NCBI GenBank assembly: GCA_963923035.1
Contig: CAWUKT010000031.1
Coordinates: 119 to 64,118 of the forward strand
Length of the DNA stretch: 64,000 bases
DNA from: an uncultured bacterium
GTDB lineage: Bacteria; Bacteroidota; Bacteroidia; J057; JADKCL01
Reading direction: 5' to 3'
Shown piece after piece: positions 20,302-28,552 of this stretch (its first letter is position 1; each line of letters begins with the position of its first letter). Below the pieces are notes generated by a model. It was given only the letters and a program-made list of their open reading frames with translations. It was not told the origin of the DNA and searched no databases. The position numbers and the translations under genes are program-made.

Positions 20302-21102
20302 ATGATGAGACCTCCCAAAATTGATGGTTCCCAGAAATGGATCGGAGTATGCATGACTCCGGCATTGATAGATCAGTTTGATCTCTCGGGTGCCATTGTA
20401 GTCGTCATTGACATATTGCGGGCGACAACCTCCATGTCGGTTGCGTTTCACTTCGGAGCCCGCTCCATGATTCCCGTTGCAACGCTGGACGAAGCCCGCT
20501 CCCTTCAGGAACAAGGGTTCCTGGCCGCCGCCGAGCGCAATGGAGAGCAAATAGAAGGCTTTGATTTCGGCAATTCTCCTTTTTCCTACATGTCCCAGGA
20601 AATTGAGGGCAAAGACATCGCCATTTCTACTACAAATGGTACGCAAGCGATCAAAGCGGCCATTGAACACGATGCTGAAGAAATCGTCATCGGTTCTTTT
20701 TCCAACCTGAGTATTTTGGCCAATTACCTCATTGAGCAGAACAAAAACATTGTAATGCTGTGTGCGGGTTGGAAAATGAAGCCCAATCTGGAAGACACCA
20801 TCTTTGCCGGGGCCATGGTCCGCCGGCTAAAGGGTCAATTCAGACGGTTTCAGGACACTGCTTTGATCGCTGAGACGCTTTACCGCAACGCCAATCGGCG
20901 CAAAAGATATTTCATACGCAATTCCTCCCACTTCAATCGTTTATTTCATATTCTTCAGATTCAGAAGGACGTGAAATATGCCCTTCGTCCCGATACCCAT
21001 CCGGTGATTCCCAAACTGTACGGTGACAGATTGATCGAGATGAATCACCCCTTCGTCCAGGAATATCTCAGTCAGCAGAACCAAATTCGATCCTCATCCT
21101 GA
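20302..21102 (+). CDS. comB: 2-phosphosulfolactate phosphatase family protein
   Basis: VVIDILRATT, AAERNG, FDFGNSP, TTNGT, LEDTIFAG. Confidence 0.88.
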   Translation: MMRPPKIDGSQKWIGVCMTPALIDQFDLSGAIVVVIDILRATTSMSVAFHFGARSMIPVATLDEARSLQEQGFLAAAERNGEQIEGFDFGNSPFSYMSQEIEGKDIAISTTNGTQAIKAAIEHDAEEIVIGSFSNLSILANYLIEQNKNIVMLCAGWKMKPNLEDTIFAGAMVRRLKGQFRRFQDTALIAETLYRNANRRKRYFIRNSSHFNRLFHILQIQKDVKYALRPDTHPVIPKLYGDRLIEMNHPFVQEYLSQQNQIRSSS

Positions 21103-21326
21103 TCCCGGGCCAGCTGTTGTTCAAGGGCTAAGAATGACTTTTCAAAGAACGCTTCCCAAAATGGTGGTGGTCCTTGAACAGTGATTGGAAGATTGGAATT
21201 GAGTGCAAAAAACGGATCCCCTCAGTCTTCTTCTTCCGCATTTATCGTCATTTTTTGCTTTTTTGAATGGCGATACGCTGCAAATATAAAAAATATTTAG
21301 CGAACCGAAAATTTTTTGCTAATTTT

Positions 21327-22493
21327 ATGGCACAATTCCCAACAATGGTCCTGAAATCGGGCCGTGAAAGGAGCCTTAAACGGCGGCATCCCTGGATTTT
21401 TAGCGGTGCTGTTAAAGTTGCTCCCCAAGCCCAATCAGGTGACATCGTAGAAGTTCAGTCCAATAAAGGTGAATGCCTGGGTTACGGTCATTTTACCCCC
21501 AAAGCGACCCTTACTTGCCGGATGTTCCACTTTGGCCCTCTCTCAGGGGAGATTGATGCAGGATTTTGGATGCAGAAACTTTCCAGCGCTCTGAATTTCC
21601 GGCGCGATATCCTTGATCTTCCCAATACCACTGGTTATCGATTGGTGCACGCTGAGGGAGATGGGCTTCCAGGAATTGTATTGGATATATACGGCTCGGC
21701 GGCATCCCTTCAGTTGAGGTCAAAAGGGGCGGAGAAAATCCTGCCTGAGATCCAGGGTTTTTTAGAAGAGCACCTTCAGACCCAACATTTATTTGTTCGG
21801 TCGGGGAGTAAAAAGGAGCCTGTGCAGAAATGGGTGCAAGGGGGAGTAGAAAAAATCGATTTTGAAGAGTATGGCCTCAAATTCAGGGTGGATATTGAAC
21901 GGGGACAAAAGACGGGCTTTTTTATTGACCAGCGGGAAAATAGGGCCTTGGTGAGGTCGTATTCAAAAGGAAAAACCGTTCTGAATGCCTTTTCGTATTC
22001 AGGGGCATTCTCCATCGCTGCGCTGGCCGGAGGAGCAAAGTCCGTTGATTCAGTGGACATTTCCTCTTCGGCAATTTCCCAGGCCGAAGAACATGTCCAA
22101 ATGAACTTTGGGCCATTGGACCATCACGCTGGAATTGTGGCCGATTGCTTTGAATACCTCAAGACGATGGAAAGAGACCATTATGACTTGATCATTCTGG
22201 ACCCTCCTGCATTTACCAAGCACATCTCCACCGTCGACAAGGCAAGCCGCGGATACAAGGAAATCAACCTGAAAGCCCTCCGAAAAATTCGATCGGGCGG
22301 CCTTCTGTTTACCTATTCCTGCTCACAACACATTTCCAAAGATCTGTTTCGCAAGATCATCTTTGGAGCTGCAGCAGATGCTGGCCGGGAAGTGCAGGTT
22401 GTTTGTCAAATGGAACAATCACCGGATCATCCGGTGAGCATATTTCATCCCGAGGGCGAATACCTGAAGGGACTTATGCTCCACGTCAGATAG
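21327..22493 (+). CDS. rlmI: RlmI-family 23S rRNA m5C methyltransferase
   Basis: PUA domain HPWIFSG, AEGDGLPG, GQKTGFFIDQRENR, ILDPPAF, EGEYLKG; ATG at 21327. Confidence 0.85.
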   Translation: MAQFPTMVLKSGRERSLKRRHPWIFSGAVKVAPQAQSGDIVEVQSNKGECLGYGHFTPKATLTCRMFHFGPLSGEIDAGFWMQKLSSALNFRRDILDLPNTTGYRLVHAEGDGLPGIVLDIYGSAASLQLRSKGAEKILPEIQGFLEEHLQTQHLFVRSGSKKEPVQKWVQGGVEKIDFEEYGLKFRVDIERGQKTGFFIDQRENRALVRSYSKGKTVLNAFSYSGAFSIAALAGGAKSVDSVDISSSAISQAEEHVQMNFGPLDHHAGIVADCFEYLKTMERDHYDLIILDPPAFTKHISTVDKASRGYKEINLKALRKIRSGGLLFTYSCSQHISKDLFRKIIFGAAADAGREVQVVCQMEQSPDHPVSIFHPEGEYLKGLMLHVR

Positions 22494-22624
22494 CCTTCTG
22501 ATGGATATACTCACCGGAATTCTCCGATACTTTGATTTGGATTCGTTTGCCGCCTGATGGACGTTTCGGTACTGGCTATTCGTTCTTCTTAATTTGCTTT
22601 CCTGGGGAAAGTATTGCCAGTGGG

Positions 22625-22882
22625 TTATCCGTCGACCAAAACCGCAACTTCTTCCGGAAGTTTGATTGAATAAATAATCTTCCGGACGGTATCAAACTGA
22701 AGATAAGGATATTGCTCCAGCAAGGCATCGATGGCCTCAGCGGATTTCAATCCTTGCCGCCGTAGCAGCTTGTACTTCCGTTTGATCTCAAAATCTCTCA
22801 AGACCTTTCGGTTGATGAGATTGAGCTCAAGCAAGACTCGGAATAAATCGTCAGGTAGGATTTGACGAATAGGATTACTCAT
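22625..22882 (-). CDS. Small uncharacterised basic protein, possible HTH
   Basis: 85 aa ORF preceded by TAAGGAGG 8 nt upstream; YPYLQFDTVRKIIY helix-turn-helix-like end. Confidence 0.7.
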   Translation of the reverse strand: MSNPIRQILPDDLFRVLLELNLINRKVLRDFEIKRKYKLLRRQGLKSAEAIDALLEQYPYLQFDTVRKIIYSIKLPEEVAVLVDG

Positions 22883-22967
22883 AATAACACCCTCCTTATG
22901 GTTTACGCATTGCTAAGAATAAAAAGGGTATAGATGCGTCATCTAAAATATGTTTGGTTAAAAAATA

Positions 22968-24551
22968 TTAGAAGGTAAATCCTATTGTCATTGAGTAGAT
23001 ATTGGTTATTAAACGGTTAATAAGCTCAGGGGAAAATCCGTTGGGATCGGAGACGGTGTAGAATAAGCGTCGCTCCGAGGCGTATTCCCGCATATAAGCA
23101 AAATCAAGATAGAAATTTTTCTGCTTGATTCCAAGACCGCCTGAGTATATCTGGCGACCTCCATCAATATTATTGATGTTTCCAGTTTCGTAGTCCAGGT
23201 ACTGAAGGTACTCGGGTTTTACAATGGCTCCATAATTGGCATAACCCAATCTAAAACGTCCGGGTCCGAACCGAAGTTCGCCTCCCAAACGCAGGTTATA
23301 AGCCGAACTAAATATGTCCGAAATGGCCTGGTTCTCGTTTGCGAAGCTGTAATAAAAGGCGCTCACAGGAGAGACGTCAGAACTGAATCGGGAGCTCGTA
23401 TAGTCGAGGTATTCAAAGTCGGCCGAAATGAAGCCGTATTTACCGATCAGTCCCATGAGGCCGAGGGTTACCCGGTAGGGAGTCGTGTAGTTGTAGGTAA
23501 ATGTGGCCGCGAGCGGATTCTCGTAGCCGTAGGCATTGGGATCATTGTCCAGATAGCCCAGCAATTGGGTGGAGTAATTGTCCGTCATCGAAATCCACGT
23601 GGGAGACTGGAAGGAAACCCCAATCCGCAGGAAGTCCACCGGACGCCCAATGATGCCCAGGCGGATGTTGACGCCGCTGCCGCGGACCTCATATACATCT
23701 GAGTAAGTCAGCTGATTAAAGGGAGTGCTGTCAGCCGCCCAAACCCGATGGATATTGTTGACGTCCGTTTCATTGTAAATGAACTCCGAATTGTACCGGA
23801 GGCCCTGTACGCCCAGTGAAATACCAGCGTACAGCTTGTCATTCACATTGCCGGCAAAGCCGAAGTTCCATTCGTTGTTCCGACCCCGTTCCTCCTGGGA
23901 AAACTGCTGGCGGACACCGCCCCCTTGGGCAGCTCCAATCCAGTTGCCATCCACCTGGAAGGTATCGATTAACCAGCCGGCGGCCGCCATGCTGGGCAAG
24001 GTCTGCTCATTGAAGATTGTGTTGATACTCTGTCCGCTGGCCCAGTCCGAAAAATATTCGGTCATGCTGCTCTCAGAATTGTAAGTGTCAAATTCTGTGC
24101 GGCGATTGAAATTGTCCACTTGGTTATATCCAACCGCAAATGAGACCGAGGTCAATCCTGATTGGGCCGGTTCCCGGCGACGGGTTTCGGGGTTGTATTT
24201 GCGAACGGAGCTGTTGTAGACATACCCGAAGTTCCCCAGGTTGAAGGCCGTGCGGGTAGCATTGGAGTTGCTGACATCCAGGTATTGACTCTCGTTCCCG
24301 GTGATCCGCAGGACGGGAGTGAACATCAGGTCACTTCGGCGGTAGACACCGAGGCCCGCAGGATTCAGGGTAGTGGCAGAGAAATCTGCTCCCACCGCCG
24401 AAAAGGCATTTCCCATGGCATTGGAACGTGCCGTTCCAAAGGGAGTGCTTCCTGAATACCGGAAAGCATCCAGCTCATTCTGGGCAATAGCCCCTCCGCT
24501 TCCCCAGAGTACCATCAAGGGCAGGGCCCAAAATATGATCGTTCTTTTCAT
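22968..24551 (-). CDS. OmpP1/FadL-family outer-membrane protein
   Basis: DAFRYS...GTARSNAMGNAFSAVGAD...NPAGLG N-terminal motif; C-terminal Phe. Confidence 0.88.
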   Translation of the reverse strand: MKRTIIFWALPLMVLWGSGGAIAQNELDAFRYSGSTPFGTARSNAMGNAFSAVGADFSATTLNPAGLGVYRRSDLMFTPVLRITGNESQYLDVSNSNATRTAFNLGNFGYVYNSSVRKYNPETRRREPAQSGLTSVSFAVGYNQVDNFNRRTEFDTYNSESSMTEYFSDWASGQSINTIFNEQTLPSMAAAGWLIDTFQVDGNWIGAAQGGGVRQQFSQEERGRNNEWNFGFAGNVNDKLYAGISLGVQGLRYNSEFIYNETDVNNIHRVWAADSTPFNQLTYSDVYEVRGSGVNIRLGIIGRPVDFLRIGVSFQSPTWISMTDNYSTQLLGYLDNDPNAYGYENPLAATFTYNYTTPYRVTLGLMGLIGKYGFISADFEYLDYTSSRFSSDVSPVSAFYYSFANENQAISDIFSSAYNLRLGGELRFGPGRFRLGYANYGAIVKPEYLQYLDYETGNINNIDGGRQIYSGGLGIKQKNFYLDFAYMREYASERRLFYTVSDPNGFSPELINRLITNIYSMTIGFTF

Positions 24552-24598
24552 TGTGCTAAACCGTATTCAGGGTTTCCGGTGAATGATGCGGGAGTCTA

Positions 24599-26683
24599 TT
24601 AACGACGCCGGGAAGAGCCTGATCTCGACGGACTGCTCGAAGACCGGGAAGGACTGCTGCTCCGCGTACGGCTGGGGCTGCTGGAACTCCGGGAGGGAGA
24701 GCTGTAGCTGCGGGAAGGCTTGCTGCTCGATCCACTGCTCCGGGAAGGAGAGGAATAATTCCGGGACGGGCTGCTGGACGATCCGCTGCTGCGAGAAGGT
24801 TGAGAGTAGTTTCTCGACGGGCTACTGGACGACCCGCTGCTGCGGGACGGCCGGGTCGAGCTCGGACGGGAGCTTCCACTGTTGGAAGGCTGGACCGAAC
24901 GGGGCGTCGAGTAATTGTTGGACGGACGGCTGCTATTGCTGGGCCGGGTCGTACTCGGACGGGAGTTGCCGCTGTTGGACGGCTGGACCGAACGAGGCGT
25001 CGAGTAATTGTTGGAAGGCCGGTTGCTGCTGTTGCTGGGCCGGGTATTGCTCGGACGCGAGTAATTGTTGTTGCTCGGACGGGGAGTCGAATAATTCTGG
25101 CTGGGACGCTCCACATTGTTGTTGGGGCGTACATCGCTGTTGCTCGGGCGAACCGTGCTGGGGCGCGAGGTATTCGACGGCCGGGTATTGCTCGGCGTGA
25201 CCGTATTCGGGCGCGAAGTATTCGTCGGACGAGTATTACTCGGCGTAACCGTACTCGGGCGCGAAGTATTTGACGGGCGACCTACGCTGTTCGGAGTCGA
25301 GGTATTCGTCGGGCGGGTATTGCTCGGGGTAACCGTAGTCGGACGCGAGGTATTCGACGGACGGCCTACGCTGTTGGGCGTGGAAGTATTCGTCGGGCGA
25401 CCACCGGAACCGTTGTTCGAAGTATTCGGACGAGAGGTCACATTAGAAGGATTGCCATCGTCGCCACGGGGCGGGGGCGGATCGATCATCTGGTAACCTT
25501 GGTAAGGACGGCCGGTATTGTTGCCGGTATTTCCACCATTGTTGCCATTGTTTCCGTTGTTGCTGAGCGTAGATGTGCCATTGGCAGTATTGACATTGCC
25601 TACATTCGGGTTGCCAGCATTGGGATTCGGGCGACCGCCCGGATTCGGCGTGCCAGCGTAGGGAGAGTTGGCGGAAGTCGTATAATTAGCGGACTGGTAA
25701 GGACGGACCGGACGGGAATTGCCGCCGCTGCTTCCAGTCACACCACCATTATTGTTGTTGTTATTGATGTTGCCGCCTTGTACCACGTAACCGCCGCTGC
25801 CATTCGATGCGAGCGAACCGGGACGCGTGGTCGGACGGGTGTTTTGGCGAATGCCACCACCATTCCAGCCGCCGCTGGCCCAACCCGTCGGAGTCCCGGT
25901 TACGCATTGATTCCATCCGGGGCCGCCATTGACGAAGCCAGTATTGTAGTAGCCACCCCAGCCGCCACCGTAGTAGGTCGACCAGCCACTGGAATAGTAA
26001 TAGTTCGTCGTGCTCCAGGAATTCCAGGAGTTGCCACCCCAGCTATTGTTCCAGCCGTAATTCCAACCGCCGTTCCAGCCATTGTTCCACCCGTTATTCC
26101 ATCCGCCACCGCAGCAGCCGAAGGTATTGAACTGGGAGGGATAGTAATAATAGCCCGGACGACCCCAGGAAAGGGTCCAGGAGTAGGAGGGACCTGAGTA
26201 GAAGACCGGATCGTACCACCAGGGATCGTAGCGGTAAACATTCCACGTACGGGTTCCGATGGCATAATAGGGGTCGTAGGCAAAATAGGGATCGTAGTAG
26301 TTGAAGCCACGGGTATTGAACCGGCGAACCCGACGAGAATAATAATAGTCATCGTCGAAGTACGGATCCCAGTTCGGGTCGTCATAGTACCCGTAGTTAC
26401 GGGTATCAAAGCGACCGGTATTCCGGGCGGCAAATCCATCGTCAAAATTATTGCCGTTGCCATTTACACGAGGCTGATTGTTGACCGACGTAAACCGATC
26501 CTCAGCCCCCCCGTTGCCAATATTGGACGCATCCGAACTGACCGGAGGCTGCTGTACGGGGGCATCTTGAGAAGTATAGTAGACATCATCGTACTCTGGA
26601 GTAGACGCTGTGTACCGTCGGTTTGAGCAACTCGTCAGCCAGACGAGACTCAGAACAAGCATGGTGTAAATCGTGGTCTTCAT
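24599..26683 (-). CDS. Lipoprotein with long low-complexity, repeat-rich tail
   Basis: Lipobox LTSC, DDVYY motif, YYYSRRVRRF, W/Y/G/N-rich middle, S/R/P/N-rich C-terminus. Confidence 0.85.
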   Translation of the reverse strand: MKTTIYTMLVLSLVWLTSCSNRRYTASTPEYDDVYYTSQDAPVQQPPVSSDASNIGNGGAEDRFTSVNNQPRVNGNGNNFDDGFAARNTGRFDTRNYGYYDDPNWDPYFDDDYYYSRRVRRFNTRGFNYYDPYFAYDPYYAIGTRTWNVYRYDPWWYDPVFYSGPSYSWTLSWGRPGYYYYPSQFNTFGCCGGGWNNGWNNGWNGGWNYGWNNSWGGNSWNSWSTTNYYYSSGWSTYYGGGWGGYYNTGFVNGGPGWNQCVTGTPTGWASGGWNGGGIRQNTRPTTRPGSLASNGSGGYVVQGGNINNNNNNGGVTGSSGGNSRPVRPYQSANYTTSANSPYAGTPNPGGRPNPNAGNPNVGNVNTANGTSTLSNNGNNGNNGGNTGNNTGRPYQGYQMIDPPPPRGDDGNPSNVTSRPNTSNNGSGGRPTNTSTPNSVGRPSNTSRPTTVTPSNTRPTNTSTPNSVGRPSNTSRPSTVTPSNTRPTNTSRPNTVTPSNTRPSNTSRPSTVRPSNSDVRPNNNVERPSQNYSTPRPSNNNYSRPSNTRPSNSSNRPSNNYSTPRSVQPSNSGNSRPSTTRPSNSSRPSNNYSTPRSVQPSNSGSSRPSSTRPSRSSGSSSSPSRNYSQPSRSSGSSSSPSRNYSSPSRSSGSSSKPSRSYSSPSRSSSSPSRTRSSSPSRSSSSPSRSGSSRRR
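24620..25410 (-). repeat. Intragenic tandem peptide repeats
   Basis: RPTNTSTPNSVGRPSNTSRP(T/S)TVTPSNT x2, RPSNNYSTPRSVQPSNSG x2, SRSSGSSS(S/K)PSR(N/S)YS x3. Confidence 0.85.
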
Positions 26684-26806
26684 ATATTCTCCCTACAATG
26701 TTTTAACTGAGAGCGATTCTAAATAAATTGCCGGTCGTTGTGCAACCGCTGGATGTTGTGCAACCGAAGGATTATAAAAATAACCAAAATCCTTCAATTT
26801 GTTTAG

Positions 26807-26822
26807 TGCAAAAACCATACCA
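26807..26822 (-). promoter_or_regulatory. Sigma-54 -24/-12 promoter candidate for the lipoprotein-FadL operon
   Basis: Minus strand TGGTATGGTTTTTGCA matches TGGCACG-N4-TTGCW spacing. Confidence 0.6.
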
Positions 26823-26833
26823 TATATAAAGAA

Positions 26834-28309
26834 ATGGCCGAAAAACTTCCCACCCGAGCAGAGAATTACAGCGGATGGTACAATGATTTGGTTGTCAGGG
26901 CCGATTTAGCCCAACATTCCGCCACCAAAGGGTCCATGGTCATCAAACCCTATGGCTTTTCCATCTGGGAAAAAATGCAGCGACAATTGGACGACATGTT
27001 CAAAGAAACTGGACACGTCAATGCCTATTTCCCTCTGCTCATCCCCAAATCTTTCATGAGCAAAGAGGCCGATCACATCGATGGCTTTGCGATGGAGTGT
27101 GCCGTCGTCACCCACCACCGCCTCAAGAAAAATCCCGCCGGGGACGGGGTCGTCGTGGATCCCGATGCCCGCCTCGAAGAAGAATACATCATTCGGCCGA
27201 CTTCCGAAACCATCATCTGGAATACCTACCGCGACTGGATTCAGTCATACCGGGACCTGCCCCTGCTCATCAACCAGTGGGCCAACGTCATGCGCTGGGA
27301 ACTTCGCACCCGTTTGTTCCTCCGCACGGCCGAATTCCTCTGGCAGGAAGGCCATACGGCCCACGAGACCTCCGAAGAAGCCGTCGAAGAGACCCTGAAA
27401 ATCCTCGACGTCTATACCACGTTTGCAGAGGAATTCCTCTGCATCCCGGTAATTCAGGGAGTCAAGCCCGAGCACGAAAAGTTCCCCGGCGCCGTCGATA
27501 CCTATTGCATTGAGGCGCTCATGCAGGACGGGAAGGCCCTTCAGGCCGGCACCAGCCACTTCCTCGGCCAGAACTTTGCCAAGGCCTTCGACGTGACCTA
27601 CCTTTCCCGCGAGAACAAGCCCGAGCACGTTTGGGCAACCTCATGGGGGGTGTCCACCCGCTTGGTCGGTGCGCTCATCATGGCCCACTCCGACGACCAG
27701 GGACTCATCCTCCCGCCTTCCGTGGCGCCGCACCAGGTAGTGATCGTTCCCCTTGGCAATAAGCCCGCCGACAAAGAAGTCGTGGCGGCCGCCTCCAAGG
27801 AAATGATCGAGAAGTTCAAGGCCCTCGGCATCCGGGTCAAGCTCGACGACGATGACAAGCGTCGCCCCGGATGGAAGTTTGCCCAGTACGAACTTCAGGG
27901 AGTGCCCGTCCGCGTGGTCATTGGGCCGCGGGATTTGAAGGAAGGGAAAATCGAAGTGGCCCGCCGGGACACCAAGGAAAAAATGAGCCTGGAGTTGGAA
28001 GGGGCAGCGGACAAAATCAAAGACCTGTTGGACGAGATTCAGCAGAATATCCGCCAGAAAGCCCTCGACTTCCGCGCTGAGAATACCCACGATGCCAATT
28101 CCTGGGAAGAATTCCAGGACCTCATCGCCAACAAAGGTGGATTTGTCTACGCCCATTGGGACGGCACGACCGAAACCGCCAATAAGATCAAGGCCGAGAC
28201 CAAAGCGACCATCCGCTGCATTCCGTTGGATGGGGACAAGGAGCCGGGCCAATGTATCTTCACTGGCAATCCTTCCGCTCAGAAAGTGATTTTCGCCAAG
28301 GCTTATTGA
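26834..28309 (+). CDS. proS: Proline--tRNA ligase (eukaryote/archaea-like type)
   Basis: [38 protein letters not shown]-terminal AKAY. Confidence 0.98.
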   Translation: MAEKLPTRAENYSGWYNDLVVRADLAQHSATKGSMVIKPYGFSIWEKMQRQLDDMFKETGHVNAYFPLLIPKSFMSKEADHIDGFAMECAVVTHHRLKKNPAGDGVVVDPDARLEEEYIIRPTSETIIWNTYRDWIQSYRDLPLLINQWANVMRWELRTRLFLRTAEFLWQEGHTAHETSEEAVEETLKILDVYTTFAEEFLCIPVIQGVKPEHEKFPGAVDTYCIEALMQDGKALQAGTSHFLGQNFAKAFDVTYLSRENKPEHVWATSWGVSTRLVGALIMAHSDDQGLILPPSVAPHQVVIVPLGNKPADKEVVAAASKEMIEKFKALGIRVKLDDDDKRRPGWKFAQYELQGVPVRVVIGPRDLKEGKIEVARRDTKEKMSLELEGAADKIKDLLDEIQQNIRQKALDFRAENTHDANSWEEFQDLIANKGGFVYAHWDGTTETANKIKAETKATIRCIPLDGDKEPGQCIFTGNPSAQKVIFAKAY

Positions 28310-28331
28310 TCCAAACCAATAGTCAGTTTTG

Positions 28332-28367
28332 ACCGCCCCAACTGGAATCTCCTCCGGTTGGGGCGGT
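28332..28367 (+). terminator. Hairpin after proS
   Basis: ACCGCCCCAACTGGA...TCCGGTTGGGGCGGT followed by TT. Confidence 0.6.
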
Positions 28368-28552
28368 TTGCATTGCCAGGTGTTGTATGGATTTGAATGC
28401 CATTCCGCCCCCATTTTTCCCCGTGTCATCCCGTTTTTTTTCTTTTTCCCGCCATTCCGTCATTCTTCCCCGCCAATCTGTCACCTTTTGGTCTCTGGCA
28501 TACTTTTTAGGGTAAATAGGACACGTAGAAAAATAACCGCATCCGAACTACT

